DNA of 64,000 nucleotides from a bacterium HR21 (lineage in GTDB: Bacteria; Bacteroidota; Ignavibacteria; Kapaibacteriales; HRBIN21), in contig BEHX01000001.1 in the NCBI GenBank assembly GCA_002898295.1, forward strand, positions 265,473-329,472, written 5' to 3'. Below are positions 47,214 to 57,738 of this stretch, one piece after another. The notes under the pieces are model-generated. The model was not told the origin of the DNA, did no database searches, and saw nothing but the letters and a program-made list of their open reading frames with translations. Position 1 is the first letter of the stretch. Each line of letters starts with the position of its first letter. The position numbers were made by a program, and so were the translations under genes.

Positions 47214-48254
47214 TCAGCGCTGGAACCAGCGCTGGTAGAGCTGTTGCCAGACGGGGGCGTGTGCTGCCGCCTGAGGAGCTTTCGGGAGCTCTTCCTCCAA
47301 GCGTGCCAGCTCTTCTGCTCGCAGACGACGCCAGGCGCCAACGGGCAGCTCGTCGCTGGTCAGGAACCCTAGCCGATAGCGGTGCAGGTGGAGAATTTCC
47401 AGCTTGGCATTCTTCACCAAGCGGTGCAGGAAGCTCAATGGCAGCTGACGCGCGACAATGCGCAGCCAGCAATTGCGCGTGTTCTCCCGCAGGAGCTCGA
47501 CCTTCGCCTCCGTATTGTACTGCGACATACGGCGTAGCTCTTCCGTCAGCTCTTTGAGCTCCCGCTCCTTGACGTGGCGGTGCACCTTGACGTGGTATTC
47601 CTTCTCCACCAGACTCAACGGCGAGCGCTCCGGGTTGCGATAGAGCGGGTCCGTGCTGAAGATGACAATCCCGCTGGCGAATTTCGTCAGCCGCCCGCAC
47701 GGGAAGTAGCCTCCCTTCCGCTTGGGGAGGTACTCGTAGACGGTAGGCACGCCCAGTTCCTTCGAAGCAGCCACCCGCCGCGGCTTGTGGAAGACTACCG
47801 TATACCGCTCCACCGGCGGGAAGATCAGCTCGATGCCATCGGCAACGATGGTATCGCGGTGGATCAGCACGTGGGTATTCGGCTCCAGGACCGTCACACC
47901 ATTGACCTGGACCCGCCCCTCACGGATAATCTCGAGTGCGGCGGCGTGCGAGGCGTACTTGAGCCGCGTCAATGCCCGCGCGAGGGTCATCGGATGCGGC
48001 TCCGGCGGCGCCTTCTTGACCCGAGGACGGCGCTGGAAGGGACGCCGCTTGCGGAAGGCGCGCTTGCGCCGTGCCTGGAAATCCCCGCGCGGCTTCCAGC
48101 GCGTCGGCATTGCCCGATAGGATGCTATGCCCTGCTCCTGCCGTGCCGCTTTGGAGAACTTCTTGCGATGGCGGAAAATCCTCTGCGGACGCTGCTGTTT
48201 GCCGCCGTTTCCTTCGTTCCCCGCAGAAGATGCGTTCCACGGTGGCTGTGTCAT
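47214..48254 (-). CDS. S4-domain RsuA/RluB-family pseudouridine synthase homolog lacking the catalytic Asp
   Basis: S4 domain (GRVQVNG), FHKPR, KEYHV and C-terminal L..GAWRRL. The canonical GRLD reads GRLT. Confidence 0.75.
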   Translation of the reverse strand: MTQPPWNASSAGNEGNGGKQQRPQRIFRHRKKFSKAARQEQGIASYRAMPTRWKPRGDFQARRKRAFRKRRPFQRRPRVKKAPPEPHPMTLARALTRLKYASHAAALEIIREGRVQVNGVTVLEPNTHVLIHRDTIVADGIELIFPPVERYTVVFHKPRRVAASKELGVPTVYEYLPKRKGGYFPCGRLTKFASGIVIFSTDPLYRNPERSPLSLVEKEYHVKVHRHVKERELKELTEELRRMSQYNTEAKVELLRENTRNCWLRIVARQLPLSFLHRLVKNAKLEILHLHRYRLGFLTSDELPVGAWRRLRAEELARLEEELPKAPQAAAHAPVWQQLYQRWFQR

Positions 48255-48294
48255 TGCTCCCCCTACGTGCACAAATTGTGGAACATGCTACCCA

Positions 48295-48906
48295 TTACGA
48301 GGTGGAAAGCACTCGGAGTGCGACAAAGCCTAGCACCAGGAGCAGGACAAATCCCAGTGCCAGGTAGTCGAAGTAGCGTTCAATCCCCCGTCGGATCACC
48401 GGTCCGAATGCCCACAGCAAGGCTGCTATCAGGAAAAAGCGGGCTCCCCGTCCGAGGAGAGAAAGCCCAACGAAGGGCACCAGTGGCATCGCTGTTGCCC
48501 CGGCAGCGATGGTAGCAACTTTGTACGGGATAGGCGTAAACGCCGCTGCCAGCAAGAACCATGCCCCGAACTCGCCCCGGTAGAGCTCAACCACCTGCTG
48601 CCAGGCTACCTGAGCGTTGTACAACTGCACAATGCGCCAACCTACCACATCCATAAAGCCGTGTCCGATAGCGTAGCCGAGCACTCCCCCCATTACGGAA
48701 CCAAGGGTGCAGACTGCGGCTGCCAGAAAGGCACGCTCACGCCGGAGCGCTGCCAGGGGAATCAGCATGATGTCCGGAGGAAGCGGGAAGACAGAGGCTT
48801 CAACGAAGGCAATCCCAAAGAGCGTCCAGAGTGCTCCGGGTTTTGCCGCGGCTGCCTCCATGCGAGCTTTTCCACGCCACAGCCAGTGCCGAAGGCGGCG
48901 CACCAT
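48295..48906 (-). CDS. YqaA/DedA (VTT) family membrane protein
   Basis: AFVEASVFPLPPD, TPIPYKV and GRGARF motifs. Confidence 0.85.
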   Translation of the reverse strand: MVRRLRHWLWRGKARMEAAAAKPGALWTLFGIAFVEASVFPLPPDIMLIPLAALRRERAFLAAAVCTLGSVMGGVLGYAIGHGFMDVVGWRIVQLYNAQVAWQQVVELYRGEFGAWFLLAAAFTPIPYKVATIAAGATAMPLVPFVGLSLLGRGARFFLIAALLWAFGPVIRRGIERYFDYLALGFVLLLVLGFVALRVLSTS

Positions 48907-49857
48907 CTATGCCTCCTGCCAGACCCCCATGCGGAAGAATTTCTCCTGGCGCTGCTCAACCAGCTCCTCGATTGGCTTCTGGACAAGGGCGGAGAGCTCT
49001 TCTCTCAGAACGGTACGGAGAATCTCGTACATCTGCGCAGGATTCCGATGAGCTCCTCCCGGCGGCTCCGGCACCACACGGTCAATGACCCCGAGCCGCA
49101 GCAAGTCCTCCGCACAGAGCTCCAGCTCCTCGGCTGCCTGCTCCTTGAAATCCCAACTCCGCCACAGGATGCTCGAACACGATTCCGGGGCAATGACCGA
49201 ATACCAGGCATACTGCAGCATCAGCACGCGGTCGCCTACCCCAATGCCGAGTGCGCCCCCTGAGCCCCCTTCGCCAATGACAATCACGATGATCGGCGTA
49301 CGCAAGCGTGCCATCTCGAAGAGGTTCCGCGCAATCGCCTCGGCCTGCCCTCGCTCTTCCGCCTCGATGCCCGGAAAGGCACCGGGGGTATCCAGGAAGG
49401 TAATGAGCGGACGCTGGAACTTCTCCGCCAAGCGGAACAGCCGGAGCGCTTTCCGATATCCTTCAGGATTGGGCATGCCAAAGTTCCGGCGGAGATTCTC
49501 CTGCGTGGTACGCCCCTTCTGGTGTCCGACAACGACAACGGGCATCCCCTCAAAGCGTGCCAATCCACCCACAATGGCACCGTCGTCGCCGAAACAGCGA
49601 TCGCCGTGGAGCTCGACGAAATCGGTAAACACATTCTGGAGGTAATCCAGCGTATACGGGCGCTCGGGATGACGGGCAATCTGGACACGCTGCCAGCGCG
49701 TCAGGTTCGCGTAGACTTGCTGCCGCAAGCTTTCAAGGCGTTGCTCCAGCTCGGAGAGCTCCGTGCCAATCTCGAACTGATCGGCCAAGGCTCGGAGCTC
49801 TGCCAGTTTTTGCTCCAGCTCCACGATCGGCTTCTCAAAGTCCAGCACGTACTTCAC
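48907..49857 (-). CDS. accA: Acetyl-CoA carboxylase carboxyltransferase alpha subunit
   Basis: [22 protein letters not shown] and [10 protein letters not shown] motifs. Confidence 0.97.
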   Translation of the reverse strand: MKYVLDFEKPIVELEQKLAELRALADQFEIGTELSELEQRLESLRQQVYANLTRWQRVQIARHPERPYTLDYLQNVFTDFVELHGDRCFGDDGAIVGGLARFEGMPVVVVGHQKGRTTQENLRRNFGMPNPEGYRKALRLFRLAEKFQRPLITFLDTPGAFPGIEAEERGQAEAIARNLFEMARLRTPIIVIVIGEGGSGGALGIGVGDRVLMLQYAWYSVIAPESCSSILWRSWDFKEQAAEELELCAEDLLRLGVIDRVVPEPPGGAHRNPAQMYEILRTVLREELSALVQKPIEELVEQRQEKFFRMGVWQEA

Positions 49858-51853
49858 GGCGTAACTTCCGCACGCAGTACCTTAGGACAATCTCCACATC
49901 GAGTGCGATGGAGAAGTGGCGTACATAGTACTCATTGAGCTGCCGTATGACCGCGACCGGCAAGCGCGCTCCTCCGCTCAGATGTGCCAGTCCAGTAAGC
50001 CCCGGCTTTCCAATGACGGACGACTCCCCTTCCACCACATAGATACCCACAACACTCCAGCGCCCCTGCACAACGCTCCACCAGCGCTGCCACCATGTCC
50101 GGCGCTGGGCACTCAAAAATACAAGAGGCGTCCCGAATGCGAGGGCGCACAGCGCAAGGCTCAGATCGAACAGGCGCTTCAGGAGGCGCAGCCGCGGGTG
50201 CAGCACCGGGTACATGACCCACGCTGGCTCTTGCCCGAGGATCTCGTGTGCGTAGCGCTGTGCCGAAAGCTCCTCGGCTCCCCCGACCAGGTAGAGCCGG
50301 ACACGCCAGGGTGCCAAGCGTTCCATCGTACCGACCAGCTCCCCGAGCGGGACATCGCCATCCACGACGACCAGCTCTTGAATCTCCCAGCGGGCAACCA
50401 GCTCAGGTAACTCCTCCCATGTTCCCAATACGGGTATTGTCGAAGGCGCCGTTTTCTCGTGCCCCGTACGGATCAGTCCGAGCACAATCGCCCTAGGGCT
50501 GCCTTCGTGTCCGTCCAGGAGCGCGGCTGCAACCGCTTCCACCTTCTTCCCAGTCCCGGCAAGAGCAACCCGCCGTGGGCTTATCCCATGCCGCAACCAG
50601 CTCCAGATCTGCACTCCTCCCCGGACCATGACACCCCAGAGAGCTCCTCCCATCACGGTCCCGAGCACAACCCAGCGGCTGAAGGCATAGTCTTTGAAGA
50701 AAAAGGTCAGCGAGGCGACCACGAAAAAGCACAGCCCATATACCATCAGCGCCCGGGCAATCTGCACGCGGCGCTCCAGGTAATCTCCAAAAAGCAGCAT
50801 GAGCCCCAGGAGCACCATCCCGAGCACCAGGAAGACGGTCGGGTAGGCGTACGCCGGAAAGCCGAAGAAGCTCCCGAAGCGTAGCCGCGTTGCCAGCAGG
50901 AGCGCCGCCACAATGCCCAGCAGGTCCGCAGCCCCGAGCAGCCACAGCTGCGGAAAACGCGCCGCCCGGGCAAGGAGCCGCCGCACCCAAATCCCCGCGT
51001 ACAACAGCGGCGCCAGCAGCGAATGCCCGTAGTAGCGGCGCACAAAGATGCGCATGGCATCGTAGAAGTGATGCACCGCATCGACGCTGGAACGGCGTGC
51101 ACTCTCCCCTTTGAAGTGCAAAATCGTTGCTGTCCCAACATACCCAATACGCCAGCCCGCCTGATGCGCCCGGTAGCACAGATCCACATCCTCGCCGTAG
51201 AGGAAGTACTCCGGGTCAAATCCCCGCAGCTGCCGCAAAACCTCGCGACGGCAGAACATGAAAGAGCCCGAGATCACCTCCGTATAGCCCACTTCCACCT
51301 CCGGGCGGAATCCTTGAGAGTAGCGCGCGAACAAGGGTGACCGGGGAAACAGCCGCTCCAGTCCAAAAAGGCGCGTAAAGGCAGCCCACGGTGTTGGGAA
51401 CCCTCGGCGGCACGCCGACTGAAACGACCCGTCGGCGTTGAGCACTCGACAGCCGGCAATACCTACCTCGGGATGCTCCTCCATATACGTGCGCAACGTC
51501 GTGAGCGTTTCGGGATGCACCAGTGTATCGGGATTGAGCAGCAAGATGTAGCATCCCCGCGCCCGGGCGATACCGACATTGTTTGCCCGTCCAAACCCGA
51601 TGTTGACCGGGAGCGCAATCCAGTGCACCTGCGGGAACTCCGCTCGGAGTCTGTCCACTGTGCCGTCCTCCGAGGCGTTGTCCACCACGATGACCTCGGC
51701 ACTCATGTCCTTCAGCGCCACATAGACCGAGCGCAAGCACTGCCGCAGCAGCTCTGCCACATTGTAGCTGACAATCACCACCGAAAGCTCCAGTGTCGGC
51801 GGCTCCTGCAGGAAGTCCTCAGTCAGCGGGGTCGGTGTAGTATCGCTTCTCAT
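49835..51853 (-). CDS. GT2 glycosyltransferase fused to TM + nucleotide-binding + truncated sugar-transferase domains
   Basis: N-terminal [14 protein letters not shown] and YGEDVD. C-terminal KRLFD...KPGLTG lacks the DE(L/I)PQ segment. Confidence 0.8.
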   Translation of the reverse strand: MRSDTTPTPLTEDFLQEPPTLELSVVIVSYNVAELLRQCLRSVYVALKDMSAEVIVVDNASEDGTVDRLRAEFPQVHWIALPVNIGFGRANNVGIARARGCYILLLNPDTLVHPETLTTLRTYMEEHPEVGIAGCRVLNADGSFQSACRRGFPTPWAAFTRLFGLERLFPRSPLFARYSQGFRPEVEVGYTEVISGSFMFCRREVLRQLRGFDPEYFLYGEDVDLCYRAHQAGWRIGYVGTATILHFKGESARRSSVDAVHHFYDAMRIFVRRYYGHSLLAPLLYAGIWVRRLLARAARFPQLWLLGAADLLGIVAALLLATRLRFGSFFGFPAYAYPTVFLVLGMVLLGLMLLFGDYLERRVQIARALMVYGLCFFVVASLTFFFKDYAFSRWVVLGTVMGGALWGVMVRGGVQIWSWLRHGISPRRVALAGTGKKVEAVAAALLDGHEGSPRAIVLGLIRTGHEKTAPSTIPVLGTWEELPELVARWEIQELVVVDGDVPLGELVGTMERLAPWRVRLYLVGGAEELSAQRYAHEILGQEPAWVMYPVLHPRLRLLKRLFDLSLALCALAFGTPLVFLSAQRRTWWQRWWSVVQGRWSVVGIYVVEGESSVIGKPGLTGLAHLSGGARLPVAVIRQLNEYYVRHFSIALDVEIVLRYCVRKLRREVRAGL

Positions 51854-52562
51854 CGCGGAGCAAGCTCGACAATCGCAGACGCCAGACCATCCACGCCGCC
51901 TCGTAGACAATGGTGCGGTTGAGCTTCGAGATGCCGCTACGGCGGTCGACAAAGATAATGGGAACCTCGACAATCCGGCAACCCAAGCGCCAGAGACGGT
52001 AGGTCACCTCGATTTGGAAGGCGTACCCATTGGAGCGGATCCGCTCCCAGCGAATCCGCCGCAGGACGCCTGCCCGGAAAGCTTTGAACCCGCTGGTGGC
52101 ATCGGCAACGGGCATGCCTGTCACCCAGCGTGTGTAGCGATTGGCAAGCCAACTCAGCAGGAGCCGCCCCATGGGCCAATTGACCACATTGACCCCGCTG
52201 ATGTAGCGGGAACCGATGACAACATCGGCGTGGTCGAGCGCGGCGATCAGCCGCGGGACATCGTGCGGATCGTGGGAGAAATCGGCATCCATCTGCACCA
52301 GGACCTCATAGTCGCGGGCGAGCGCCCATTGGAACCCCTGGCAATAGGCCGACCCCAGCCCCAGTTTTGCAGGGCGCTGCAGGAGATGGACCCGCCCGGG
52401 AGCCTCCCGCTGCCAGTGCTGCACCTCCTGTGCTGTCCCATCGGGGGAAGCATCATCCACGACGAGCACCTCCGGCTCCTCCGACAGGGCGAGCAGCACC
52501 GGGAGCAGTGCAGCGATGTTCTCCCGCTCGTTGTAAGTCGGTATCACAATGAGCGTCCGCAC
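51819..52562 (-). CDS. Polyprenol monophosphomannose synthase (DPM1-like GT2)
   Basis: IPTYNE, VDDASPDGT, MDADFSH and GYAFQIE motifs. Confidence 0.88.
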   Translation of the reverse strand: MRTLIVIPTYNERENIAALLPVLLALSEEPEVLVVDDASPDGTAQEVQHWQREAPGRVHLLQRPAKLGLGSAYCQGFQWALARDYEVLVQMDADFSHDPHDVPRLIAALDHADVVIGSRYISGVNVVNWPMGRLLLSWLANRYTRWVTGMPVADATSGFKAFRAGVLRRIRWERIRSNGYAFQIEVTYRLWRLGCRIVEVPIIFVDRRSGISKLNRTIVYEAAWMVWRLRLSSLLRDEKRYYTDPAD

Positions 52563-52566
52563 CGGT

Positions 52567-54030
52567 TCAAATCCCCTTGCCGGTGAGCATCACCCAGAGC
52601 GTGCGGAGCATGATTTCCAGATCCAGCGCCAGCGATTGGTGTTCGATGTAGTAGAAATCCATCTCCACCCGGCGCCGGACTCCCTCCGGGGTAGGCTCAT
52701 CCCACCCCGGACGACGGCACACCTGCCACCACCCGGTCACACCTGGCTTGACAATGTGCCGCCGTGGGTACTCAGGCACCATCTCCGTGAAGAGCCGGAC
52801 GTAGTACGGACGTTCCGGACGGGGACCGACCAGGCTCATTTCGCCTCTGAGGACATTCCACAGCTGCGGAATCTCATCCAGATGGGTCCGCCGCAACCAG
52901 CGCCCCACGCGGGTAATGCGCGGATCTTCCCGGTGACGCCACGCCACATCGGGATTGCCTTCCGGGAGCATCGTGCGGAACTTGTACAGACGGAATGTCC
53001 TGCCCCCTTTGCCGACACGCTCTTGCACAAAGAGGATGGGTCTGCCGCTATCGAGCCAGATTGCCAGGGCAATCAGCCCCCAGAGAGGCGCTCCGAGCAG
53101 GAGCACAAGGAGACTGATCGTCACATCGAGCGCCCGTTTCAGGAAGGATTGCCAGGGACGCAGGAGCTCAGGGTCTAGCTCCAAGAGCTGCGTGCCGTAC
53201 AAGCGCTCAATCCGTGCCAGTCCCATCGCCGTCCGGTAAAGGTCAGGCAGAATCTTCATCGGGCGCTGTGCCCCCGAGGCTGCCCCGACCACCTGCCAGA
53301 ACTCCTCCGGCTCAGCGGGCGAAAACGAGACCAGGAGCTCCTCCACGGGCAAGCGCGCCAGGAGCCCGGGCAACTCCTTGAGTGTCCCAACAACCGGGAC
53401 TCCGACCCCACCGTTCCAACTGTGGGACTTCTCCGAAAGCACAATACCCAGCGGCTCGTAGCCCCAGTGTGGGATCAGTGCAAGCTCGCGCACAAGCCGC
53501 TCGACTCCACCGGCATTGCCCACCAGGAGCACCGGAATGCGGTAAAGACCGCGCTGCCGCAGCTCCCGCTGCAGTGCCCGCACGGCAATTCGACCCATCC
53601 CAACCCCGAGCACGAGGACCACGGCGTAGAGCACCGAGACCGCCCGGAAATTGCTCCGATAGAATTCCCCACTATCACCGAGCACCAGCACCACGAGGAG
53701 TCCAATCCCGATGAGCACCGCGCGCACGACTGCACCGAGCTCCTCCAACGGCGGACGCCTATACCAGTTACGATACAACCCCAGCAGCCAAAACAGCAAT
53801 AGCCAATACCCTGTCAGTGCCCCCACAATCGCCGCCAACTCCCACCCCTGGGGAACCACCACAGACTCAAACCACCCACTGCCGAAGCGTAGCCATAAGT
53901 AGAGCAGCGTCCCCCCGACGAGTGCCAGGACATCGGCAACAAGCTGCAGAAAGACCGGTCCATACCACCACCTGTTCCAGCGGCTAACAGGAGCGTGCTC
54001 TACGGAAGGATGTACCGACACCGAGACCAT
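52567..54030 (-). CDS. Polyprenyl-phosphate glycosylphosphotransferase (WcaJ/WbaP family)
   Basis: [33 protein letters not shown] and KPGVTG motifs. Confidence 0.92.
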   Translation of the reverse strand: MVSVSVHPSVEHAPVSRWNRWWYGPVFLQLVADVLALVGGTLLYLWLRFGSGWFESVVVPQGWELAAIVGALTGYWLLLFWLLGLYRNWYRRPPLEELGAVVRAVLIGIGLLVVLVLGDSGEFYRSNFRAVSVLYAVVLVLGVGMGRIAVRALQRELRQRGLYRIPVLLVGNAGGVERLVRELALIPHWGYEPLGIVLSEKSHSWNGGVGVPVVGTLKELPGLLARLPVEELLVSFSPAEPEEFWQVVGAASGAQRPMKILPDLYRTAMGLARIERLYGTQLLELDPELLRPWQSFLKRALDVTISLLVLLLGAPLWGLIALAIWLDSGRPILFVQERVGKGGRTFRLYKFRTMLPEGNPDVAWRHREDPRITRVGRWLRRTHLDEIPQLWNVLRGEMSLVGPRPERPYYVRLFTEMVPEYPRRHIVKPGVTGWWQVCRRPGWDEPTPEGVRRRVEMDFYYIEHQSLALDLEIMLRTLWVMLTGKGI

Positions 54031-54040
54031 GGCTACGGTG

Positions 54041-54048
54041 CAAAACTA
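54041..54048 (-). promoter_or_regulatory. -7 promoter element TAGTTTTG
   Basis: TAnnTTTG 10 nt upstream of ATG 54030, implying a very short leader. Confidence 0.5.
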
Positions 54049-54090
54049 CTGGAGAGCACCCGACCGAACTGCTCCGCGGAGCGCACCGTG

Positions 54091-54098
54091 TATTTTTG
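54091..54098 (+). promoter_or_regulatory. -7 promoter element TATTTTTG
   Basis: TAnnTTTG about 30 nt upstream of ATG 54128. Confidence 0.55.
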
Positions 54099-54127
54099 TA
54101 GCCCGTCGAGCAACCAGCGCGTGCTGC

Positions 54128-54946
54128 ATGCGGATTTCTGTCATCACCGTCGTGCTCAACGATCCTCGGGTCGAGCGAGCGCTGGAGTCGCTCTTTGCCC
54201 AAGAGTGCGATGCCGAAATTGAGTCAATCCTCATCGACGGCGGCTCGGCTTCCCCGACACAGCAGATTCTGGAGCGCTACCGCCGGCGCGTCAGCATCTT
54301 CCTCAGCGAGCCTGATCGGGGAATCTACGACGCCATGAACAAAGGGCTGCGGCTGGCAACCGGTGATATTGTTGGCTTCCTCCATGCCGATGACCGCTAT
54401 GCCGATCGCTTCGTGCTCCGCGATATTGCCGCCGCCTTCGCAGATCCTGAACTCGACGCCTGCTACGGTGACGTGGTGTTCGTCTCGCCCCGCACCGGAC
54501 GCATTCTCCGCTACTGGCGTGCCGGACTCTACCGCCGCTGGAAGTACTACCTGGGCTGGATGCCGACTCATCTGACCTTCTTCCTCCGCCGCTCAGTCTA
54601 CGAGCGGTTCGGTGGCTACGACCTTGCCTATCCCATTGCGGCTGACTACGAGCTGATGTTTCGCCTGCTCTTCCTGGGCGCCATTCGCCGCGTGTACTAC
54701 ATCCCGCGTGTCCTGGTATGTATGGACGCCGGAGGAGCCAGCAACGGCTCTGTTCGCGCCATCCTGAAAGGCAACTGGGAATGCTGGCAGACATGGAAGC
54801 ATCATGGACGGGCGTTGCAAGGGCTACTGGTCCCGATCGCCAAACCACTGCGGAAGTTGGGACAATTCCTGCGCCGTCCCCCGGTGACACCAGAAGTTTT
54901 GCGTTCGCCTCTCCGGCATTCTCCCCTCATCGCCGCAGAAGATTGA
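54128..54946 (+). CDS. Glycosyltransferase family 2 (WcaE/WfgS-like)
   Basis: ISVITVV, IDGGS, SEPDRGIYDAMNKG and IAADY motifs. Confidence 0.88.
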   Translation: MRISVITVVLNDPRVERALESLFAQECDAEIESILIDGGSASPTQQILERYRRRVSIFLSEPDRGIYDAMNKGLRLATGDIVGFLHADDRYADRFVLRDIAAAFADPELDACYGDVVFVSPRTGRILRYWRAGLYRRWKYYLGWMPTHLTFFLRRSVYERFGGYDLAYPIAADYELMFRLLFLGAIRRVYYIPRVLVCMDAGGASNGSVRAILKGNWECWQTWKHHGRALQGLLVPIAKPLRKLGQFLRRPPVTPEVLRSPLRHSPLIAAED

Positions 54947-56696
54947 GGATGGTGGTCACGATGAAGGTGAGCGTGGAGGCAGCTCCGACCAGCACGGTAT
55001 AGAGCTGCAGCTCAGCTTGCTGCTGTGCCCAGGCGGGGACATCCAGCCGGCGGGGCACGTAGATCTCATCCCCGGGCTGGAGAGCCCCGGCTTGCTCCGG
55101 GGTCAGCCAAGTGCGGGTTGCCCCACGCAGCACCCGAACCCGTCTCGGATCGGCTCCCACCGCATACCCGCCGACGTGCTCGATGTACCACCTCGCCGGC
55201 TTTCCAGGCTCAAACGGAACAAGTCCCGGGCTATGGACTTGCCCCCAGACAGCAACGGTAGCGGAAGTGTGCGGGATCACGATAAGGTCGCCATCCTCCA
55301 GCGGCACGTCGTGGCGGGCATCCCCATGGCGCAGGAGTGCAACGAAGTCCACCGCAACGAGTGAGCGCTGGAGGCGCATGTCAAGCGCATAGCGCACGGT
55401 ATCCTCAAGCCGCAAGTCGCTATAGAGAAAGCGACGGTATAGCTCCAGCTCCGCCGGCAACCGAGGATCACTCAGGGCGAGTTCCCGAGCAGGCACGCGC
55501 TCGATATAGGCATGCGGAAGCGAGGCACGCGCTGTCACGCCGCCGGCACGCTCGAGTAGCTCCCGCAGCCGCGTCCGCCCCGGCTCGATGACGTAGGCTC
55601 CCGGACGGGCAACAGCCCCGACGACGTGCACAATTCCCCGGCGCTCCAATCCCGCGCTGGGATGCTCCGGGACCACAACGGCGCTTCCCGGCGTGAGCTC
55701 CAGGTCCGGTGTCGGACGCCCCGTTGTGTCCAGCTGCGCCTGCTGCGGCGGTTGCCCCGGGGGATATACCCAGACAACGCCTTCGACCCCTTCCCGCACG
55801 CCTCCTGCCAGACGGAGCAGGAAAGAGAGCCGGTCACCCGGTCGATAGGCAACCCGCAGCGGCTGCCGCACCGCTCCACCGATAGACACGGTCGGGTATC
55901 CCTCCGCCGGAGGTGCCGGGACGATGATTTCCAAGCCTTCGCTCACCGCCGGATCTGCCGCGCCATCCCCCAGGGCGCGCCCCCGTTCCAGATCCGCTGT
56001 CTGCAGCCGCCCGTCGGAGAAGCGCAGGAGAACATTGCGCGTGCAGTAGCTCGGAAGAGGCGGGACAGCGCTGCTTTCCCACTGCCGTGCCTGAATTTCC
56101 TGCAGGGATTGGACCTCTCCCAGAGGCGTCGGTCGCCGTCCGGCAGTGCTACCGCCGTGCTCTCCGCGCATAGCCATGCGGATCGCCGTGGAGACCCGAA
56201 CGCTTGCCGGCAGGACATAGACTCCGGGGAAGCGGACGTAGCCACCGACGGTCACCAGCACCTGCCGCGGGACGAGCAGCTGCAGCTCAAGGCTGGCTTC
56301 TGGGTTGCGCTGCTGGATGCGCTGCTGCAGCTCCCGGCGGACCTCCGCCAGGCTCTTGCCGTGGACAGTCAACACTCCCAGGCGCGGCACGAGGATATCC
56401 CCCGTTGCAGACACGCTCACCCGGTGCGTCTGCACAACCGGTGCCAGCACATGGACTGCCAACACATCGCCGGGACCGAGTCGGTACTCCTCTGGGGCAA
56501 CAACGCCATCGGTTGGCGGAAGCTGTGGCAGTGCCTCGCGCAGCGTCTCCAGCGCCCCTCTCTCCTCGAGCAGCTGCCACAGGGATTGCGGAAGGGACAA
56601 GCGCCCTGCGTCCTGTCCCCACAGGAGGCTACTCCACAGGCAGGCGCAAACAATGTTCGAGCACAATGCGCGCAATCCGTTCAGCTGCATGTCCAT
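54927..56696 (-). CDS. Polysaccharide export protein with SLBB domains (Wza/KpsD-like)
   Basis: YRLGPGD and repeated VxGxVxxPG SLBB units. Start uncertain. Confidence 0.8.
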   Translation of the reverse strand: MDMQLNGLRALCSNIVCACLWSSLLWGQDAGRLSLPQSLWQLLEERGALETLREALPQLPPTDGVVAPEEYRLGPGDVLAVHVLAPVVQTHRVSVSATGDILVPRLGVLTVHGKSLAEVRRELQQRIQQRNPEASLELQLLVPRQVLVTVGGYVRFPGVYVLPASVRVSTAIRMAMRGEHGGSTAGRRPTPLGEVQSLQEIQARQWESSAVPPLPSYCTRNVLLRFSDGRLQTADLERGRALGDGAADPAVSEGLEIIVPAPPAEGYPTVSIGGAVRQPLRVAYRPGDRLSFLLRLAGGVREGVEGVVWVYPPGQPPQQAQLDTTGRPTPDLELTPGSAVVVPEHPSAGLERRGIVHVVGAVARPGAYVIEPGRTRLRELLERAGGVTARASLPHAYIERVPARELALSDPRLPAELELYRRFLYSDLRLEDTVRYALDMRLQRSLVAVDFVALLRHGDARHDVPLEDGDLIVIPHTSATVAVWGQVHSPGLVPFEPGKPARWYIEHVGGYAVGADPRRVRVLRGATRTWLTPEQAGALQPGDEIYVPRRLDVPAWAQQQAELQLYTVLVGAASTLTFIVTTILNLLRR

Positions 56697-57738
56697 CCCA
56701 GAGCGGTGGAACTGTTCCCTGTTTGCGCTCCCCCTGGCGGAGCGCCCGCAGTGCGGCACGGAGTGCTTCCGGTTCCGGCGGCACCAGCTGGTTTGTGCCC
56801 AGCTGGCAGGTGATCGGGCGCTCTGTGCTGGTGCGTAGCGTCACGCACGGGATGCCCAAGTAGGTTGTCTCTTCTTGAATGCCGCCGGAATCGGTCAGAA
56901 CGAAGTCCGCTTCCAGCACCAGCGCCAGGAATTCCACATAGCTCAACGGGGGCAACACGTGCAGCGGCGCCAAAAGCGGGCTCAATCCAAAGCGCTCCAC
57001 CGCCTGGCGTGTCCGCGGATGAGCCGGGAAGAGCACTGTCCGCCACTGCGCCAATTCTGCCAGAATCTCCAGCAGCAGGCGCAGCCGCACCGGATCATCC
57101 ACATTGCTGGGGCGGTGGAGCGTGACGACGACGTACTGCCGCGGAGCCACCCCGAGCCGTTCCCGAATCGGATGCGCTCGGGCTTTCGGAAGGGCAAACA
57201 GCAAGGAGTCAATCATCGTGTTGCCCACCAGGAAGATGCGCTCCGGCGGCGCCCCTTCGCGACGCAGATTCTCCACCCCACTGGGCTCGGTAACGAAGAA
57301 GTAGTCAGCGATCGCATCGGTGGCAATCCGGTTGATCTCCTCCGGCATCGTGCGGTCAAAGCTCCGCAGTCCTGCCTCCACGTGCGCTACCGGTATCCCC
57401 AGTTTGACCGCGGTCAACGCACAGGCAATGGTGGAGTTGACATCGCCGACCACAATGACCAGATGCGGACGCAGCTCTAAGCAGACCGGTTCGAATGCGA
57501 GCATAATGCGAGCCGTCTGCTGCGCGTGGGTCCCCGAGCCAACCCCCAGGAACACTGCCGGCTCGGGCATCTCCAGGTCGGCAAAGAAGACGTCGGACAT
57601 CTCCGCATCGTAGTGCTGCCCGGTGTGCACGATGAGGTGTTCTACCCGGTCGGCATAGCGTGCAAAGGCGCGATGGAGCGGGGCAACTTTCATGTAATTC
57701 GGGCGCGCACCAACCACGGAAATGACCCGTGCTGTCAT
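56629..57738 (-). CDS. wecB: UDP-N-acetylglucosamine 2-epimerase (non-hydrolysing)
   Basis: GARPN, HTGQHYD, HVEAGLRS and TDSGGIQEE motifs. Confidence 0.93.
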   Translation of the reverse strand: MTARVISVVGARPNYMKVAPLHRAFARYADRVEHLIVHTGQHYDAEMSDVFFADLEMPEPAVFLGVGSGTHAQQTARIMLAFEPVCLELRPHLVIVVGDVNSTIACALTAVKLGIPVAHVEAGLRSFDRTMPEEINRIATDAIADYFFVTEPSGVENLRREGAPPERIFLVGNTMIDSLLFALPKARAHPIRERLGVAPRQYVVVTLHRPSNVDDPVRLRLLLEILAELAQWRTVLFPAHPRTRQAVERFGLSPLLAPLHVLPPLSYVEFLALVLEADFVLTDSGGIQEETTYLGIPCVTLRTSTERPITCQLGTNQLVPPEPEALRAALRALRQGERKQGTVPPLWDGHAAERIARIVLEHCLRLPVE

